NCBI GenBank assembly: GCA_964016885.1
Contig: OZ024743.1
Location: forward strand, 80,352,001 to 80,416,000
Reading direction: 5' to 3'
Length of the DNA: 64,000 nt
From: Eledone cirrhosa
Taxonomy: Eukaryota
A model generated the notes under the pieces. It was not told the origin of the DNA. It worked only from the letters and a program-made list of their open reading frames with translations, and made no database searches. A program made the translations under genes and the position numbers. Of this stretch, positions 42,195-57,463 are shown in pieces. Each line of letters starts with the position of its first letter. The first letter of the stretch is position 1.

Positions 42195-45155
42195 AAGCTA
42201 CCAGAGAGGGTATATAATATATATGACATGGATATACCACTGAGGGTATAGAATATATATGACACGGAGCTACCAGCGAGGGTATATTATATATATGACA
42301 TGGAGACACCAGTGAGGGTATATTATATATATGACATGGATATACCAGCGAGGGTATATAATAAATAAGACATGGATATACCAGTGGGGGTATATAATAT
42401 ATATGACATGGAGATACCAGTGAGGGTATATAATATAGGAGACATGGAGCTACCAGTGAGGGTATATAATATATAAGACATGGAGATACCAGCGAGTGTA
42501 TATAATATATAAGACATGGAGATACCAGTGAGGGTATGTAATATATATGACATGGAGCTACCAGTGAGGGTATATAATATATATGACATGGAGATACCAG
42601 TGAGGGTATATAATATATAAGACATAGAGATACCAGTGAGGGTATATAATATATAAGACATGGTGATACCAGTGAGNNNNNNNNNNNNNNNNNNNNNNNN
42701 NNNNNNNNNNNNNNNNNNNNNNNNNNNNNNNNNNNNNNNNNNNNNNNNNNNNNNNNNNNNNNNNNNNNNNNNNNNNNNNNNNNNNNNNNNNNNNNNNNNN
42801 NNNNNNNNNNNNNNNNNNNNNNNNNNNNNNNNNNNNNNNNNNNNNNNNNNNNNNNNNNNNNNNNNNNNNNNNNNNNTAAGACATGGTGATACCAGTGAGG
42901 GTATAAAATATATGAGACATGGTGATACCAGTGAGGGTATATAATATATAAGACATGGTGATACCAGTGAGGGTATATAATATATAAGACATGGAGATAC
43001 CAGTGAGGGTATATAATATATAAGACATGGTGATACCAGTGAGGGTATATAATATATGAGACATGGTGATACCGGTGAGAGTATATAATATATAAGACAT
43101 GGTGATACCAGTGAGGGGTATATATTATATATGACATGGTGATACCAGTGAGGGTATATAATATATAAGACATGGAGATAGCAGTGAGGGTATATAATAT
43201 ATAAGACATGGTGATACCAGTGAGGGTATATAATATATATGACATGGTGATACCAGTGAGGGTATATAATATATAAGACATGGTGATACCAGTGAGGGTA
43301 TATAATATATAAGAGATGGTGATACCAGTGAGGGTATATAATATATATGACATGGAGATACCAGTGAGGGTATATAATATATATGACACGGAGCTACCAG
43401 CGAGGGTATATAATATATAAGACATAGAGATACCAGTGAGGGTATATAATATATAAGACATGGAGACACCAGTGAGGGTATATAATATATATGACATGGA
43501 GACACCAGTGAGGGTATATAAATATATGACATGGAGACACCAGTGAGGGTATATAATATATAAGACATGGAGACACCAGTGAGGGTATATAATATATATG
43601 ACACGGAGCTACCAGCGAGGGTATATAATATATAAGACATGGTGATACCAGTGAGGGTATATAATATATATGACATGGAGATATCAGTGAGGGTATATAA
43701 TATATATGACATGGAGACACCAGTGAGGGTATATAATATATATGACATGGAGACACCAGTGAGGGTATATAATATATAAGACATGGTGATACCAGTGAGG
43801 GTATATAATATATATGACATGGAGACACCAGTGAGGGTATATAATATATAAGACATGGTGATACCAGTGAGGGTATATAATATATATGACATGAAGACAC
43901 CAGTGAGAGTATATAATATATATGACATGGAGACACCAGTGAGGGTATATAATATATAAGACATGGTGATACCAGTGAGGGTATATAATATATATGACAT
44001 GGAGACACCAGTGAGGGTATATAATATATAAGACATGGTGATACCAGTGAGGGTATATAATATATATGACATGGAGACACCAGTAAGGGTATATAGTATA
44101 TATGACATGGAGACACAAGTGAGGGTATATAATATATAAGACATGGTGATACCAGTGAGGGTATATAATATATAAGACATGGTGATACCAGTGAGGGTAT
44201 ATAATATATATGACATGGAGATACCAGTGAGGGTATATAATATATAAGACATGGTGATACCAGTGAGGGTATATAATATATAAGACATGGAGATACCAGT
44301 GAGGGTATATAATATATAAGACATGGTGATACCAGTGAGGGTATATAATATATGAGACATGGTGATACCGGTGAGGGTATATAATATATATGACATGGAG
44401 ACACCAGTGAGGGTATATAATATATATGACATGGAGACACCAGTGAGGGTATATAATATATATGACATGGTGATACCAGTGAGGGTATATAATATATATG
44501 ACATGGAGACACCAGTGAGGGTATATAATATATAAGACATGGTGATACCAGTGAGGGTATATAATATATATGACATGGAGATGCCAGTGAGGGTATATAA
44601 TATATATGACATGGAGATACCAGTGAGGGTATATAATATATATGACATGGAGATACCAGTGAGGGTATATAATATATAAGACATGGAGATACCAGTGAGG
44701 GTATATAATATATAAGACATGGATATACCAGTGAGGGTATATAATATATATGACATGGAGATACCAGTGAGGGTATATAATATATATGACATGGAGACAC
44801 CAGTGAGGTTATATAATATATAAGACATGGAGACACCAGTGAGGTTATATAATATATATGACATGGAGACACCAGTGAGGGTATATAATATATATGACAT
44901 GGTGATACCAGTGAGGGTATATAATATATATGACATGGAGACACCAGTGAGGGTATATAATATATATGACATGGTGATACCAGTGAGGGTATATAATATA
45001 TATGACATGGAGATACCAGTGAGGGTATATAATATATATGACATGGAGATACCAGTGAGGTTATATAATATATAAGACATGGAGACACCAGTGAGGGTAT
45101 ATAATATATATGACATGGAGACACCAGTGAGGGTATATAATATATAAGACATGGA
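42195..45155. repeat. 36-bp minisatellite (gagggtatataatatatatgacatggagataccagt), ~3 kb, spanning an assembly gap
   Basis: Strict 36-bp period. The MSYILYTLTGIS ORFs are its translation. Confidence 0.97.
42677..42876. other. Assembly gap (200 N)
   Basis: Run of n. Confidence 1.
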
Positions 45156-45242
45156 CAGGGAGACTCCAATCTGAGTGTTTCAACGTAAAGATTCTGGAGA
45201 GTAACTGAAGTAAAGAACAATTAGCTGCCTTTAAATATATAG

Positions 45243-45335
<93 letters not shown>

Positions 45336-46419
45336 GTCAGAGTGGGAGAGAGAGACAAACAGAGGGGGAGGGAGTGAGACAAACAGAGAGGGAGAGAGTG
45401 AGAGACAAACAGAGAGGGAGAGAGAGAGACAATCAGAGAGGGAGAGAGAGAGAGACAGAGAGGGAGAGAGACGTCAGAGAGGGATAGGGTGACGTCAGAG
45501 AGGGAGAGAGAGACAAATATAGAAGGAGAGAGACAGACGGAGAGGGAAATAGAGATATACAAACAGAGAGGGAGAGAGAGACAAACAGTGAGGGATAGAG
45601 AGACAGACAGAGAGGGAGAGGGAGACGTCACAGAGGGATAGAGAGACGTCAGAGAGGGGGAGAGAATGAGAGAAACAGAGAAGGAGAGAGACTGAAAGAC
45701 AGAGAGGGAGAGAGAGAGACAGACAGAGAGGGAGATAGAGAGACAGAGAGGGAGAGAGAAACAGACATAGAGGGGGAGTGAGTGAAAGTGAGAGAAAGTG
45801 AAAGAGTTAGAAAGTGAGAAAAAGAGAATTAAAGCGAGAGAGAGAGAGCTGAGATGTGTGAGAGCGAGAGAGAGATAGCTGTGATGTGTGTGTATGTGTG
45901 TTTGTGTGTGTGTCTGTCTGTGTATGTGTGTATGTGTGTGTATATGTGTGTGTGTCTGTCTGTGGATGTGTGTGTGTGTGTGTATGTGTGTGTGTGTGTC
46001 TGTGTGTGTATGTGTGTGTGTATGTGTGTATGTATGTGTGTGGCTGTGTGTGTGTATGTGCGTGTGTCTGTGTGTGTATGTGTGTGTGTGTGTGTGTGTG
46101 TGAGTGCGTTTGTGTATGTGTGTATGTGTGTGTGGATGTGTTTATGTGTGTGTGTCTATGTGTGTGTGTGTATGCGTGTCTGTGTGTGTCTCTGTGTGTG
46201 TATGTGTGTGTGTGTGAGTGTATATGTGTATGTGTGTGTGTCTATGTGTGTGTGTGTATGTGTGTCTGTGTCTGTCTGTGTGTGTGTGTGTGTGTGTGTG
46301 TGAGTGTGTGTAATAAACAAGGGTAGTGGAAGAAACAGTTTTTCCCTGTCAGATTGTTTGGTTGGCGGCAAAGTGTGACATGGAATGTACTGATAACCGT
46401 CTTGTTGAGAACATTACAC

Positions 46420-46477
<58 letters not shown>

Positions 46478-46907
46478 CATATATATATATATATAGACAT
46501 ACACACACTCACACATATTTATATATATGCGGTTATGTATATATATATGTGTGTATAGATTTATATATATACACGCACACACACATATATATATATATAT
46601 ATATACATATGCACATTACACAACACAGACACACCTTAACACTTCATTGCGGCATATGTAGCACTGTTTACCTGTGTGGCAGTGTATGTACCCACACACT
46701 CACACACACACACATATATATATATATATACACACACACTTCATATGTATGTAAATGTATATATATATGTATATATGTGGGGGGGGGACATTCCCAAGGG
46801 GTATTGGAAGGTGACCACAGCTAAAGAAAGTACTCAATACGTCGGTAGAGTATAAGCATCGTTATTTTATACAGAAATTACTTCTATACCACTAGAAATG
46901 TTTCTTC

Positions 46908-46946
<39 letters not shown>

Positions 46947-49139
46947 CATACATGTAGAAAGGGAAGCATGTGTTTTTGTACAAACGTACTTAGATCAAAT
47001 ACATCACTTTAATGAGCACTCAATACATGTGAGCTGTGTATGTTTCTAGTTATATGATTCTTTTTACTTTATATGTGTATAACTTGATTATCTACCAAGA
47101 AGACACGTGTGTGATTACTGGCTTCTAATGTCGACATGTATACATGTATGGATGTGAGGCTTCGTATGTGTGTCTGTCTATGTGCGTATATGTGTGTGTA
47201 TGTATATGCGTGTGTATATACACATACACACACACACACATATATATATATATGTGTGTGTATGTGTATATGAGAGAGAGAGAGAGAAAATGATGTAATA
47301 TGAGAAAGTAGAGAATGTAGGTATGTTAAGGTTTTGTGCTGTTGTCAATGAGATGAGCTGATAAATATCCTTTAGCTATGGAGTTCACAGAACATGATGT
47401 GTAATCAAGCCGAAAGAGCCACCATTTCTTTGCTGTAGATCTCATCTGATACTTGCCAACGAATCACTACTATTTCATGTACTGCTTTAACTTTTTTCTT
47501 AACCTTTTCCTTGTTATTGCTGTTGTACGACTTTCTTTGTTGTTGTTGCTGTTGGTGGTGATGTACGACTTTCTGTTTTTGTTTTTGGTGGTATAGATTG
47601 TTTTGTTGTTGTTGGCGGTGGTGGTGTTGGTGTTATACGGCTTTGTTGTTGTGGGCGGTGGTGTTGGTGTTATACGGCTTTGTGGGTGTTGGCGGTGCTG
47701 TTAGTGTTAAAAGGCTTTGTGGGTGTTGGCGGTGGTGTTGGGTGTTGGTGTACGGCTCTCTCTTTGCTTTCTTTATGTTTTGGTTTTGTTAGGTTTTTAT
47801 TTATTTTGTTGGAATTTCAGGCTACCTTATAGTTTATTTTTCTTCATCTTATGACGCTAAGGTGTGTATTACTTTGAACATTTCAAATTCCCAGCGTTTT
47901 AGGACAAAAAGAAAAAGAAAACAAGACATAGCATACAAACAAAAGCAAATAGTATGAGAGAATCTGAATTTCATCGGAGCTGACCGTAAACAAGTGATCA
48001 TTGATCAACTCAGTTTTATTCAACTCCAGCTGATCTCCAACACAACGTGACGGTGACGAGAATAATGATGATAAATATAACTGAAAATAACAAAGCAACG
48101 TAGATGTAAATTGCAGACACAATCCAATACTTGCAGCATTGCAATGTTGTGTAGAGAGATCAGAACAGACACGTGTGTTGCAGCAGAATCTTGCATGAAA
48201 CTTGAAATAAAAAAAGATGATAGCAACAATAAATAATAACCGTGGATATCGACAGAATATAGATGCCCCGCTCACAAGGAGGACGTGGTCGGATACATAG
48301 AGAAAAGTACTATGGAATAAGAACATTTAGCCCGACAAAACAAACAGATAGTGGAAGACATATATATGCAATAAAGAAACATGAAAAGAATATCTATATG
48401 CAGTGCCCCAGTACGGTTGCAGTCGAATGACTGAAAGCAGCGAAAGAGAGAGGGGGGAGATTAGAGTGGTACTTTATGGGTCAGGAAAGTATACCTAAGA
48501 GCGCAGTGTGTAGAAATGAACACCTCCTTGTGACACCCTAAACTTTACCATTACGCTGCCTAATTATCGACTTAGTCATACTAAATATCTGTTATTCAGA
48601 TACAAGCTTAAAAGGCAGAGGGATATCATCGAATTCGCTGCTAAATAAATGAGAATATAAACATTACGACAACTAAGGGAGGTAACTATATTTCCATTTG
48701 TATTCAATGCAAGTGTTGTAATATATAACCTTTTCTGTAAAAGCTTTGAGAGATTACCTATAAGGATAGACATAAGCATGTTCGAATATACAGCAGCAAT
48801 TACACTTTAGCTATGGTAACACATCTTCATCTTACCTATACATAAGATTCGTGATAATATAAATAATTATAATGTTATTATTGAGAATGCATATTCTATT
48901 TATGTGTACATGGTACTCCAGCACAACCTCAGCTAGATAACAGGAGTGGGTGAAAGAGTATTTAAATATTAAAGTTTCAACAGATAGACCAAAAACAATG
49001 AACGTATATATAATGTCTGTGTGTGACAGCTCACACCTATGCAGGTATAGCTGGCCTCCTCCAAGGTATTTCTCATTGGAGGTGTCTTGGGTAAATTAAT
49101 GATAGGGACCCCAGGCCTATTATCTCATTTCTACAGCAT

Positions 49140-49268
49140 TTCTAAACTGGAGCAATGTGAAATAAAGTGTCTTGGTCAAGGAAACAACACATCACCCTGT
49201 CCGAGAATTGAACTCACAACCTTTCAATTGCAAGCCCAATGCTCTAACCACTAAGCCATGCGCCTTCG
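49140..49268 (-). mobile_element. tRNA-derived SINE 5' part
   Basis: Homologous to 9274-9400. Confidence 0.75.
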
Positions 49269-49448
49269 TATATATAATAGAGAAATAGGAAAGATATGAT
49301 AACAACAGAGATAAGAGAACAAATACTTTCATATGTTATAAATATTGGTATTTCTCTGAGTGGGGCCGAACTGTTAACCATGTAGTTGGTAAAGAAACAA
49401 GCAGCCAAACGTTAGTGTTTGCAAGTGTGTGCGTTTGTGTGTGTAGGT

Positions 49449-49541
<93 letters not shown>

Positions 49542-49723
49542 ATATCTGTAGAAAACAATCTCAAGGAAAACAATGAGAGATGGTTTAATATAATTAATAA
49601 TACATACACTTAGCATTGTATGAGTGACCTCAGATTCCGAGGTCCAGTTATGGCCACCACTGTAAAGTGGTGGGGTCGTTTCAAACCTGATCTCACGTCG
49701 GGCACCAAGACTATATATATATA

Positions 49724-50682
49724 TAGTCTTGGTAAGTGTGTACGCATTTCTTCTAGCTATAATTTTATACCTAATTGTGTATGGTTCACGTTATATTTAG
49801 TCGATTTCCACGTGCTGTTGAAATGTTGGGTAAATATTCTATAGCGGTCGGCCTCGAAGAGATTGCTGTCGTTTATTTATCTTATATTTCTTCGTAGGAG
49901 CCTTTTAATCTTATAGTCTGGTCTAATTCATTTTTTTATGTGGTTGATTATGCTAGTTGAGAGAGGAAATGGTGTATATATATTATCAAATGGACATACT
50001 TTATAGTATATTGCTCTGATTGTTTAATTTATTAATTCATCATTGAGCCACATCGTGAATGGTTGCCAAAACATATATATCTATGACTTTGTTTAGTTTG
50101 TGTATATGTAAATCTTTATATTTAATAATCTCCCATTAGGTTGAGATGCAATTTGGGCAATATTGGGCTGCGCTTTCTAGCAACCAGCCCACTCGCCGTA
50201 AGCAACCAATCACATTCTTTCTGACTTGACCACTGCCACGTCACGATTTTTAGCCATTTTGAATTTGTTTCTGGCGAGGATCATTTTTGAAAATTACTTG
50301 TCCTATGAGTTTGTTTCCTGACGAGTTCGAAGCTCGAGATTTTATCCTTAATAGGATATCTCAAAATGCGAACGAAACCCAAGGATAGAGACATAATCCT
50401 GGTAAGTGTGTACGCATTTCTTCTAACTATAATTTTACACCTAATTGTGTATGGTTAACGGTATATTTAGTCGATTTCCACGTGCTGTTGAAATGTTGGG
50501 TAAATATTCTATGGCGGTCGGCCGCGAAGAGATTGCTGTCGTTTATCTATCTTATATTTCTTCATAGGTGCCTTTTAATCTTATAGCCTGGTCTAATTGA
50601 TTTTTTATGTGGTTGATTATGCTAATTGGGAGAGGAAATGGTGTATATATATTATCAAATGATACTATGGACGTACTTTATA
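49724..50682 (+). mobile_element. Partial-tandem retrozyme-like element (family G subfamily), 670-bp monomer, ~1.4 units
   Basis: 49724-50005 directly repeats at 50394-50682, with the HHR immediately before the second repeat. (TA)n on both sides. Confidence 0.85.
50312..50393 (+). ncRNA. Type I hammerhead ribozyme (family G subfamily)
   Basis: tgtttc-CTGACGA-gttcg...cgaac-GAAA-cccaagga-TA-gagaca. Confidence 0.75.
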
Positions 50683-50698
50683 ATATATATATATATAT

Positions 50699-50823
<125 letters not shown>

Positions 50824-51050
50824 AATATATATATATATATTAATATATATAGAGATAGATAGATATAGATATAGATATAGATCTACACACACACAAAAAC
50901 ATATATATATACATATATTCGCATGCATACACGAACTTATGTTCGTGTATGCATGCACACACACACACATACCTATATTGATATATAATTATACATTCAC
51001 ACATATATATATATATATATATAAATACATACATACATATATACAGTACA

Positions 51051-51216
<166 letters not shown>

Positions 51217-51534
51217 CCAGTCCTTTCAATAACTAGGCTCATCTTTTCGTAGTTTTTCTCAATCTAATATCACACACACACATGCACAGAACCCCCCCCC
51301 CTTCCCACACACACACACACACATACATAACCCCACCCCACACACACATATACAGAACACACCCACAAACATACCCCCCCACACACACACACCTCACCCC
51401 CACCCCACACACCCCACACACTATTGTGGTGGCAGAGTTCCTTTCATTTATGTCTTAATGGAATCTTCTTGGGAATAAAACTGATCCAAACAACCAGATT
51501 CTTGTTTTTATCTGTTTTGGGTTTCTTACATTAT

Positions 51535-51592
<58 letters not shown>

Positions 51593-51645
51593 ATATATAT
51601 ACATACATACATACACATATATATATATATTATATCATACTATAT

Positions 51646-51677
<32 letters not shown>

Positions 51678-51722
51678 CATATACATAAATATATATATAT
51701 ATATATATATACATATATATAT

Positions 51723-51824
<102 letters not shown>

Positions 51825-51887
51825 TATAATATATATATATAAATATATGTATATAACATAATATGATATAATATATATATATATATA

Positions 51888-52086
51888 TGAAAAAGTATGA
51901 CCCCGACGGCAGAGGTCAAGCCGTTTCGACGGCTATTTCTGGACTCAGAGTCCAGAAACAGCCGTCGAAACGGCTTGAGCTCTGCCGTCGGGGTCATACT
52001 TTTTCAGATTTTCACTCTACTACTCTAAGTATTGAGTACTCTGGTTCGTTATGGTCCATCTGGTTTCTTACCACATTTCCTTCGTT
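51888..52086. mobile_element. Family A fold-back element
   Basis: Arms meet at ggactcagagtcc. The plus arm runs to ccttcgtt(TA)n. Confidence 0.8.
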
Positions 52087-52108
52087 ATATATATATTATA
52101 TCATATTA

Positions 52109-52171
<63 letters not shown>

Positions 52172-52200
52172 ATATATATTAATATATATACATATGTATG

Positions 52201-52240
<40 letters not shown>

Positions 52241-52262
52241 TTAATATATATACATATGTATG

Positions 52263-52295
<33 letters not shown>

Positions 52296-52312
52296 TAATA
52301 TATATACATATG

Positions 52313-52396
<84 letters not shown>

Positions 52397-52398
<2 letters not shown>

Positions 52399-53004
52399 GT
52401 CAGGTCACCAGTTGCGGCTACTGGTAACATGTATCCCAGTACAACCTGTCTGATGGTCGGGTCGTTGGCGACTAAACTGGCAACCCCACCAAGGTTTCTT
52501 GGTGAGGAGGGTGACTTTGGACATCCTGTAGGACTAAAAACAAAACCTGTCAAAGGGCAAAGGAGCTCTTAAGAGTCAATGGCCATCCAAAATCACCGGG
52601 AGAGATGACCCCTTAGCCTTTGTCGAGGAAGAATTCTAGGAGAAGGAAAACTCTGATATAACACCTGCAGCCCTGATGTTATCCAATGATGTTGATTTGT
52701 TCTTCTTTTTGGTAAATATCATCTTGGTTGAGAGAGTGGGACTGGCTTTGTGCAGTGCCTTTGCTCACTATAAAAGCTTCACGGCACAGGCATTGCTTTA
52801 TATCTGGAGATCTCTCTGCACTTGTCATCACATGGTACCATGGGCCCAGCACTATATGTCAATAATTGTCACAAGTGTAGTGTTTGTACCAGAGTTTTCA
52901 AGTCGCTGGCTGGACTAAAAAGTCACGCTCGTTCAGTGCATCGGTGGAGGTTCTCCTACATGGATATAAAGTAGTGGCCGTACTCGAAAACGAGTTGGCA
53001 GCCA

Positions 53005-53005
<1 letters not shown>
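52397..53005 (+). mobile_element. RTE-type 5' UTR-like non-coding element
   Basis: GC-richer island between (TA)n runs with tctaggagaaggaaaactctga (RTE 5' UTR-like, recalled, unverified) and an HDV-like fold at its 5' end. Confidence 0.45.
52403..52480 (+). ncRNA. Putative HDV-like ribozyme
   Basis: P1 ggtca/tggtc, J1/2 hairpin ccagt..actgg, P2 ccagt/actgg, P3 ca/tg around L3 acctgtc, P1.1 cc/gg, P4 tcg(ttgg)cga, J4/2 CTAA. Confidence 0.5.
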
Positions 53006-53043
<38 letters not shown>

Positions 53044-53341
53044 GATAAATCTACCAAAAGTTTACGGTAGTGTCCAATCCGTATGAAGAACTCAATGTAA
53101 TCCGGATATCATGAAAAGAGAAGATGCATTCAAAAACTACTTTCGGTGAAAAATAAACGGAAAACAGAGTCAAGATAAATTAATAAAATAATGAATAAAC
53201 AAAGAAACAGTTCCTTATATTAAAAAAATTAATCATTTTACGATCGTTTCTAGGATATATATGTGTTAGAGTTGGTATGCATATTCTATAGATCTATGTA
53301 CAATATTTATACAAACTATCAGAGGGAATATACATACCTAC

Positions 53342-55382
53342 AAAAATTATAGAAAAACAAATAATGCGTCACTTACCAACATCAACAACAAAACACACAG
53401 CATAGTGAATAGACTTAATATTGAAGATAGAACTGAACCTTTGGCATTGAAAAGACCACACTTCAACCTGAAAGATCATAAATCTAACTTTAACTCTAAT
53501 CCTTCTATAAGGCTTATATGCCCTTCCAAATTTGATATTGGAATAATTAGTAAAAAAATTTTAGATAGAGTCATCCCACAACTAAGAAAACATGTTAATT
53601 TACCACTCTGGGAAAACACATCCCAGGTAATTAACTGGTTTAATAATATTAGAAATAAATCCTCTGCTTCATTTCTACAATTTGATATAGATAATTATTA
53701 TTCTTCTATATCACCTATACTCCTGAACAAAGCCTTGATATTTACTAAAAATAGATCTAACTTAACTTTGGATGACATTAATATTATTACACATGCTAGA
53801 CTAACACTATTGGAATTTCAGAATGAATACTGGACCAGAAACACATATAGTAATCTATTCGATATTACTATGGGCTCAAGCGATTCTGCCCAAATTACTG
53901 ATCTTGTGGGCCTCTTTCTTCTTTTTAACATAAATGCTTCCTTTCCCCACCTTAAAGGTGGTTTATATCGTGACGACTGTCTTCTTCTTTCCAATAACCT
54001 TAGCCTCTCAGAGATAGAAAAAAATAAAAAGCTTATTAGAACTTTCCTTAAAGACTATTATAGTCTAGATATTACATTTGAAAACACAAGTAAAGTAGTT
54101 AATTTCCTAGATATAACATTAGACTTATCTACGCGTATCTACCAACCTTACCATAAACCCAACCAAAATTTACACTACATACACTCACAATCTAATCACC
54201 CTAAATCTATCCTTAAAAACCTTGCATATAATATATCACTTAGAATTTCTAACCTTTCGTCTAACCAAGATGTATTTGATAAAAATGCGACCTTTTATAA
54301 CGAAGCTCTAGCTAGAAGTGGCCACAAAAATAGATTAGTATATATACCTTCTACCAATAACACTACAAACATACAACCTAATATTACCAACAAACACCAA
54401 ATGAAACATACACACCTAAATGCCACTCACACTATACCCCAAAACACCAACATAAAACCAAATTTCTCTAACTCTTCTAATATACAGTATAGTAACTCTC
54501 AAAAAACTACTCAGCATACAACTCTAATAAATGTTAATAATAAAACTCCTAATAAACAAGCTAAAACACCTAAATCAATAAATCTAACTAAAAATGTGTG
54601 TGGAGAGGTCATTAACAATAATTCTCTTAATAAACATCAGGATGCATCCTATAAAAACAATAAACAACATCGAAACCGTAATAGACGAGTTACTTGGTAT
54701 AATGCTCCATTTAATTTACAAATTAAGGATAATATACCTAAAAAATTCTTTAATATCCTAGAGAAAAACTTCCCGCCAAACCACAAATACCATCAAATCT
54801 TAAATAGATCAACGGTTAAATTCTCCTACTCAACAACCAAAAACATAAAACAAAATATAAGTGCCTATAATGCATATAAGTGTAAAAAAAACCATGAGTA
54901 TACCACCAGTACATCAAACTAACCATAATATCTCCTCAGATACAGGATTCGCGAAAAGTTGTAACTGTAGAAACAAGGCAAACTGTCCATTAAAAGGAAA
55001 TTGCCTTGTGAATAACATAGTATATAAATGTAAAGTTAACACTAAGGACTCAATTTATTCATATATAGGAGCTACCTCTAACAATTTTAAGGTAAGGTTT
55101 AATACCCACAAACATAGTTTTTAAAATGCCGCACTAGCTAATACATCTCTAGCTGAAATAATTAATAGTTATAGAAAGAGGAATAAAGAATATAACCTGA
55201 CCTGGAGTGTGCTCAAAAGGGCCACCCCTTATCAAAATAGTAGAAATGAATGTAGATTATGTTCCCAAGAACTTTTCGAAATAATGAAATCTAAGGATAC
55301 CCTATTAAATAAGCGACAGAAATTAATAATATCGTGTAATCATAAACTGAGAAAAACCTTTAAATATTATAAACCTAATTAA
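53342..55382 (+). pseudogene. Penelope-like RT-GIY-YIG polyprotein (Naiad-like), one frameshift near 54900 and a TAA at 55122
   Basis: LKDHKSNF..IRLICP, QFDIDNYYSSI, TMGSSDSA, GLYRDDCL, NFLDITL, SNHP; then CNC..CPLKGNC, IVY..YIGAT, WSVL, CRLC..E, LLNKR..CNH. Confidence 0.9.
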
Positions 55383-55586
55383 TATACACTTTAGAAATTA
55401 ATATATAAATTATTTTTAATTTAGTTAACCTATAATTAATATTCTACTACTGATGAACTACATAATTTTGCTTTAAATATTATAAACCTAATTAATATAC
55501 ACTTTAGAAATTAATATATAAACTATTTTTAATTTAGTTAACCTATAATTAATATTCTACTACTGATGAACTACATAATTTTGCTT
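55358..55586. repeat. 113-bp tandem duplication across the Penelope ORF stop
   Basis: ctttaaatattataaacc... at 55358 and 55471. Confidence 0.9.
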
Positions 55587-55842
55587 TCCTTCTTACAAAT
55601 ATCATTTCCTAAAACTGATACCATTAAGTAAACATATATAATGCTTTAACTTCAGGTTATGACTCTATGTTCCTTGAAAACTATATATATTTACTATTTC
55701 TCACTAATAAATTTAATCCCCCCCACCCAATAATTATATGTATGTATAAGTGTGTATGTGTGTGTATATGTATGTGTATGTATGTATATGTGCATGTATG
55801 TGTGTATATATATATGTATATATATATATATATGTGTATATA

Positions 55843-55943
<101 letters not shown>

Positions 55944-55989
55944 ATGTGTGTGTGTGTATGTGTGTATATATATATATATACATATATAA

Positions 55990-56049
<60 letters not shown>

Positions 56050-56616
56050 ATGTGTATATATATGTATTAGTATAATTTTATCAATATAAATATACCCATC
56101 AATTAAATTAATTTTATATTCTTTTCATAGATGTATTTTTTTCACTAACATTCTTATCTTAAAACTTTGGTCACCTTACATATTTGTATTGACATTACTA
56201 TTTTATAACAGCAACTGCTTGTATACCTTTGACTGACCACCTGACCTATTTTCACCCCTAAAATAAGCTTCAATTACTACTATTTTACCATTTGGCCAAT
56301 TATTAACTTTCTATTGGTTAATTCTAAACCTCTTACCATACAGACAGAATATATTAGATCTTTATTGGTTTTATTCAATGAACAAATAAAATTATTTCTG
56401 AGGTCAGCATAAGACCTATTTCTTCCCTAAAATATTCCTTCATTCATAATACTATTTTCCATCCAAAACTGAAATCTACCTTCCTCTACCCATAATTTAA
56501 GGTTCTTCTACTACTATATTACTATCTTGACCCTCACTATCTCCTGATTGTCAATTCAAAACCTGTTCCCAAACAGACCTATTGTATTGAATCTTTGCTT
56601 TTTTCAATAAACAAAT

Positions 56617-56757
56617 ATCATTATTTCTGAAGACAGCATATATATGTGTAGGTAGGTATATTCCCTCTGATAGTTTGTATAAATATTGTACATAGATCTA
56701 TAGAATAGGCATACCAACTCTAACACATATATATCCTAGAAACGATCGTAAAATGAT
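56617..56757 (+). ncRNA. Type I hammerhead ribozyme in the Penelope 3' repeat
   Basis: atcattattt-CTGAAGA-[long stem II atatatatgtgt...acacatatatat]-GAAA-cgatcg-TA-aaatgat. Confidence 0.75.
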
Positions 56758-56811
56758 GAATTTTTTTAATATAAGGAACTGTTTCTTTGTTTATTCATTA
56801 TTTTATTAATT

Positions 56812-56929
<118 letters not shown>

Positions 56930-57104
56930 GTTCATCATTCTGATTTTGCTTGTATATTCCGGTGTGCTGTTGAACCTGAGAAACGAATCACTAGGTTTAA
57001 TATCCAGAAGAAGAAGACGAGTATATCTGTTGTACACAGAGGGAGAAGTGAAGGGTTTAACAGATAGATAAATATTGGGATAAATATACACATGCACACA
57101 CACA

Positions 57105-57189
<85 letters not shown>

Positions 57190-57204
57190 CCACATATATA
57201 TATA

Positions 57205-57318
57205 TAACGAAGGAAGTGTGGTAAGGAACCAGATAGACCATAACGCACCAGAGTACTCAATACTTAGGGTAGTAGAGTGGGAAATAGGAAAATGCCGTCG
57301 GGGTTAAATATTTTCCTA
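57205..57318. mobile_element. Family A collapsed fold-back remnant
   Basis: Minus arm to ataggaaaa, then plus-arm tgccgtcgggg...ttttcctat. Confidence 0.65.
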
Positions 57319-57336
57319 TGTATATATATTGGGGCA

Positions 57337-57463
57337 CCCACTGATGAATTATAGGAGCCCACTTGAATATATATCTGTTGATGGTATACAAGTTCCTACA
57401 TAAATTGGTATAATTTCACCCAAATTGTAGGAATCCTATAATGAATCGAGACGTCCGTCTAGG
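57337..57463 (+). ncRNA. Degenerate hammerhead (GAAU in place of GAAA)
   Basis: ccca-CTGATGA-attatagga...tcctataat-GAAT-cgagacgtccg-TC-tagg. 9-bp stem II base. Confidence 0.55.

Noticed and set aside
55122-55620. Selenocysteine read-through and SECIS in the Penelope ORF
   Set aside because: The in-frame stop is TAA, not TGA, and no SECIS stem could be drawn around the downstream ATGAA.
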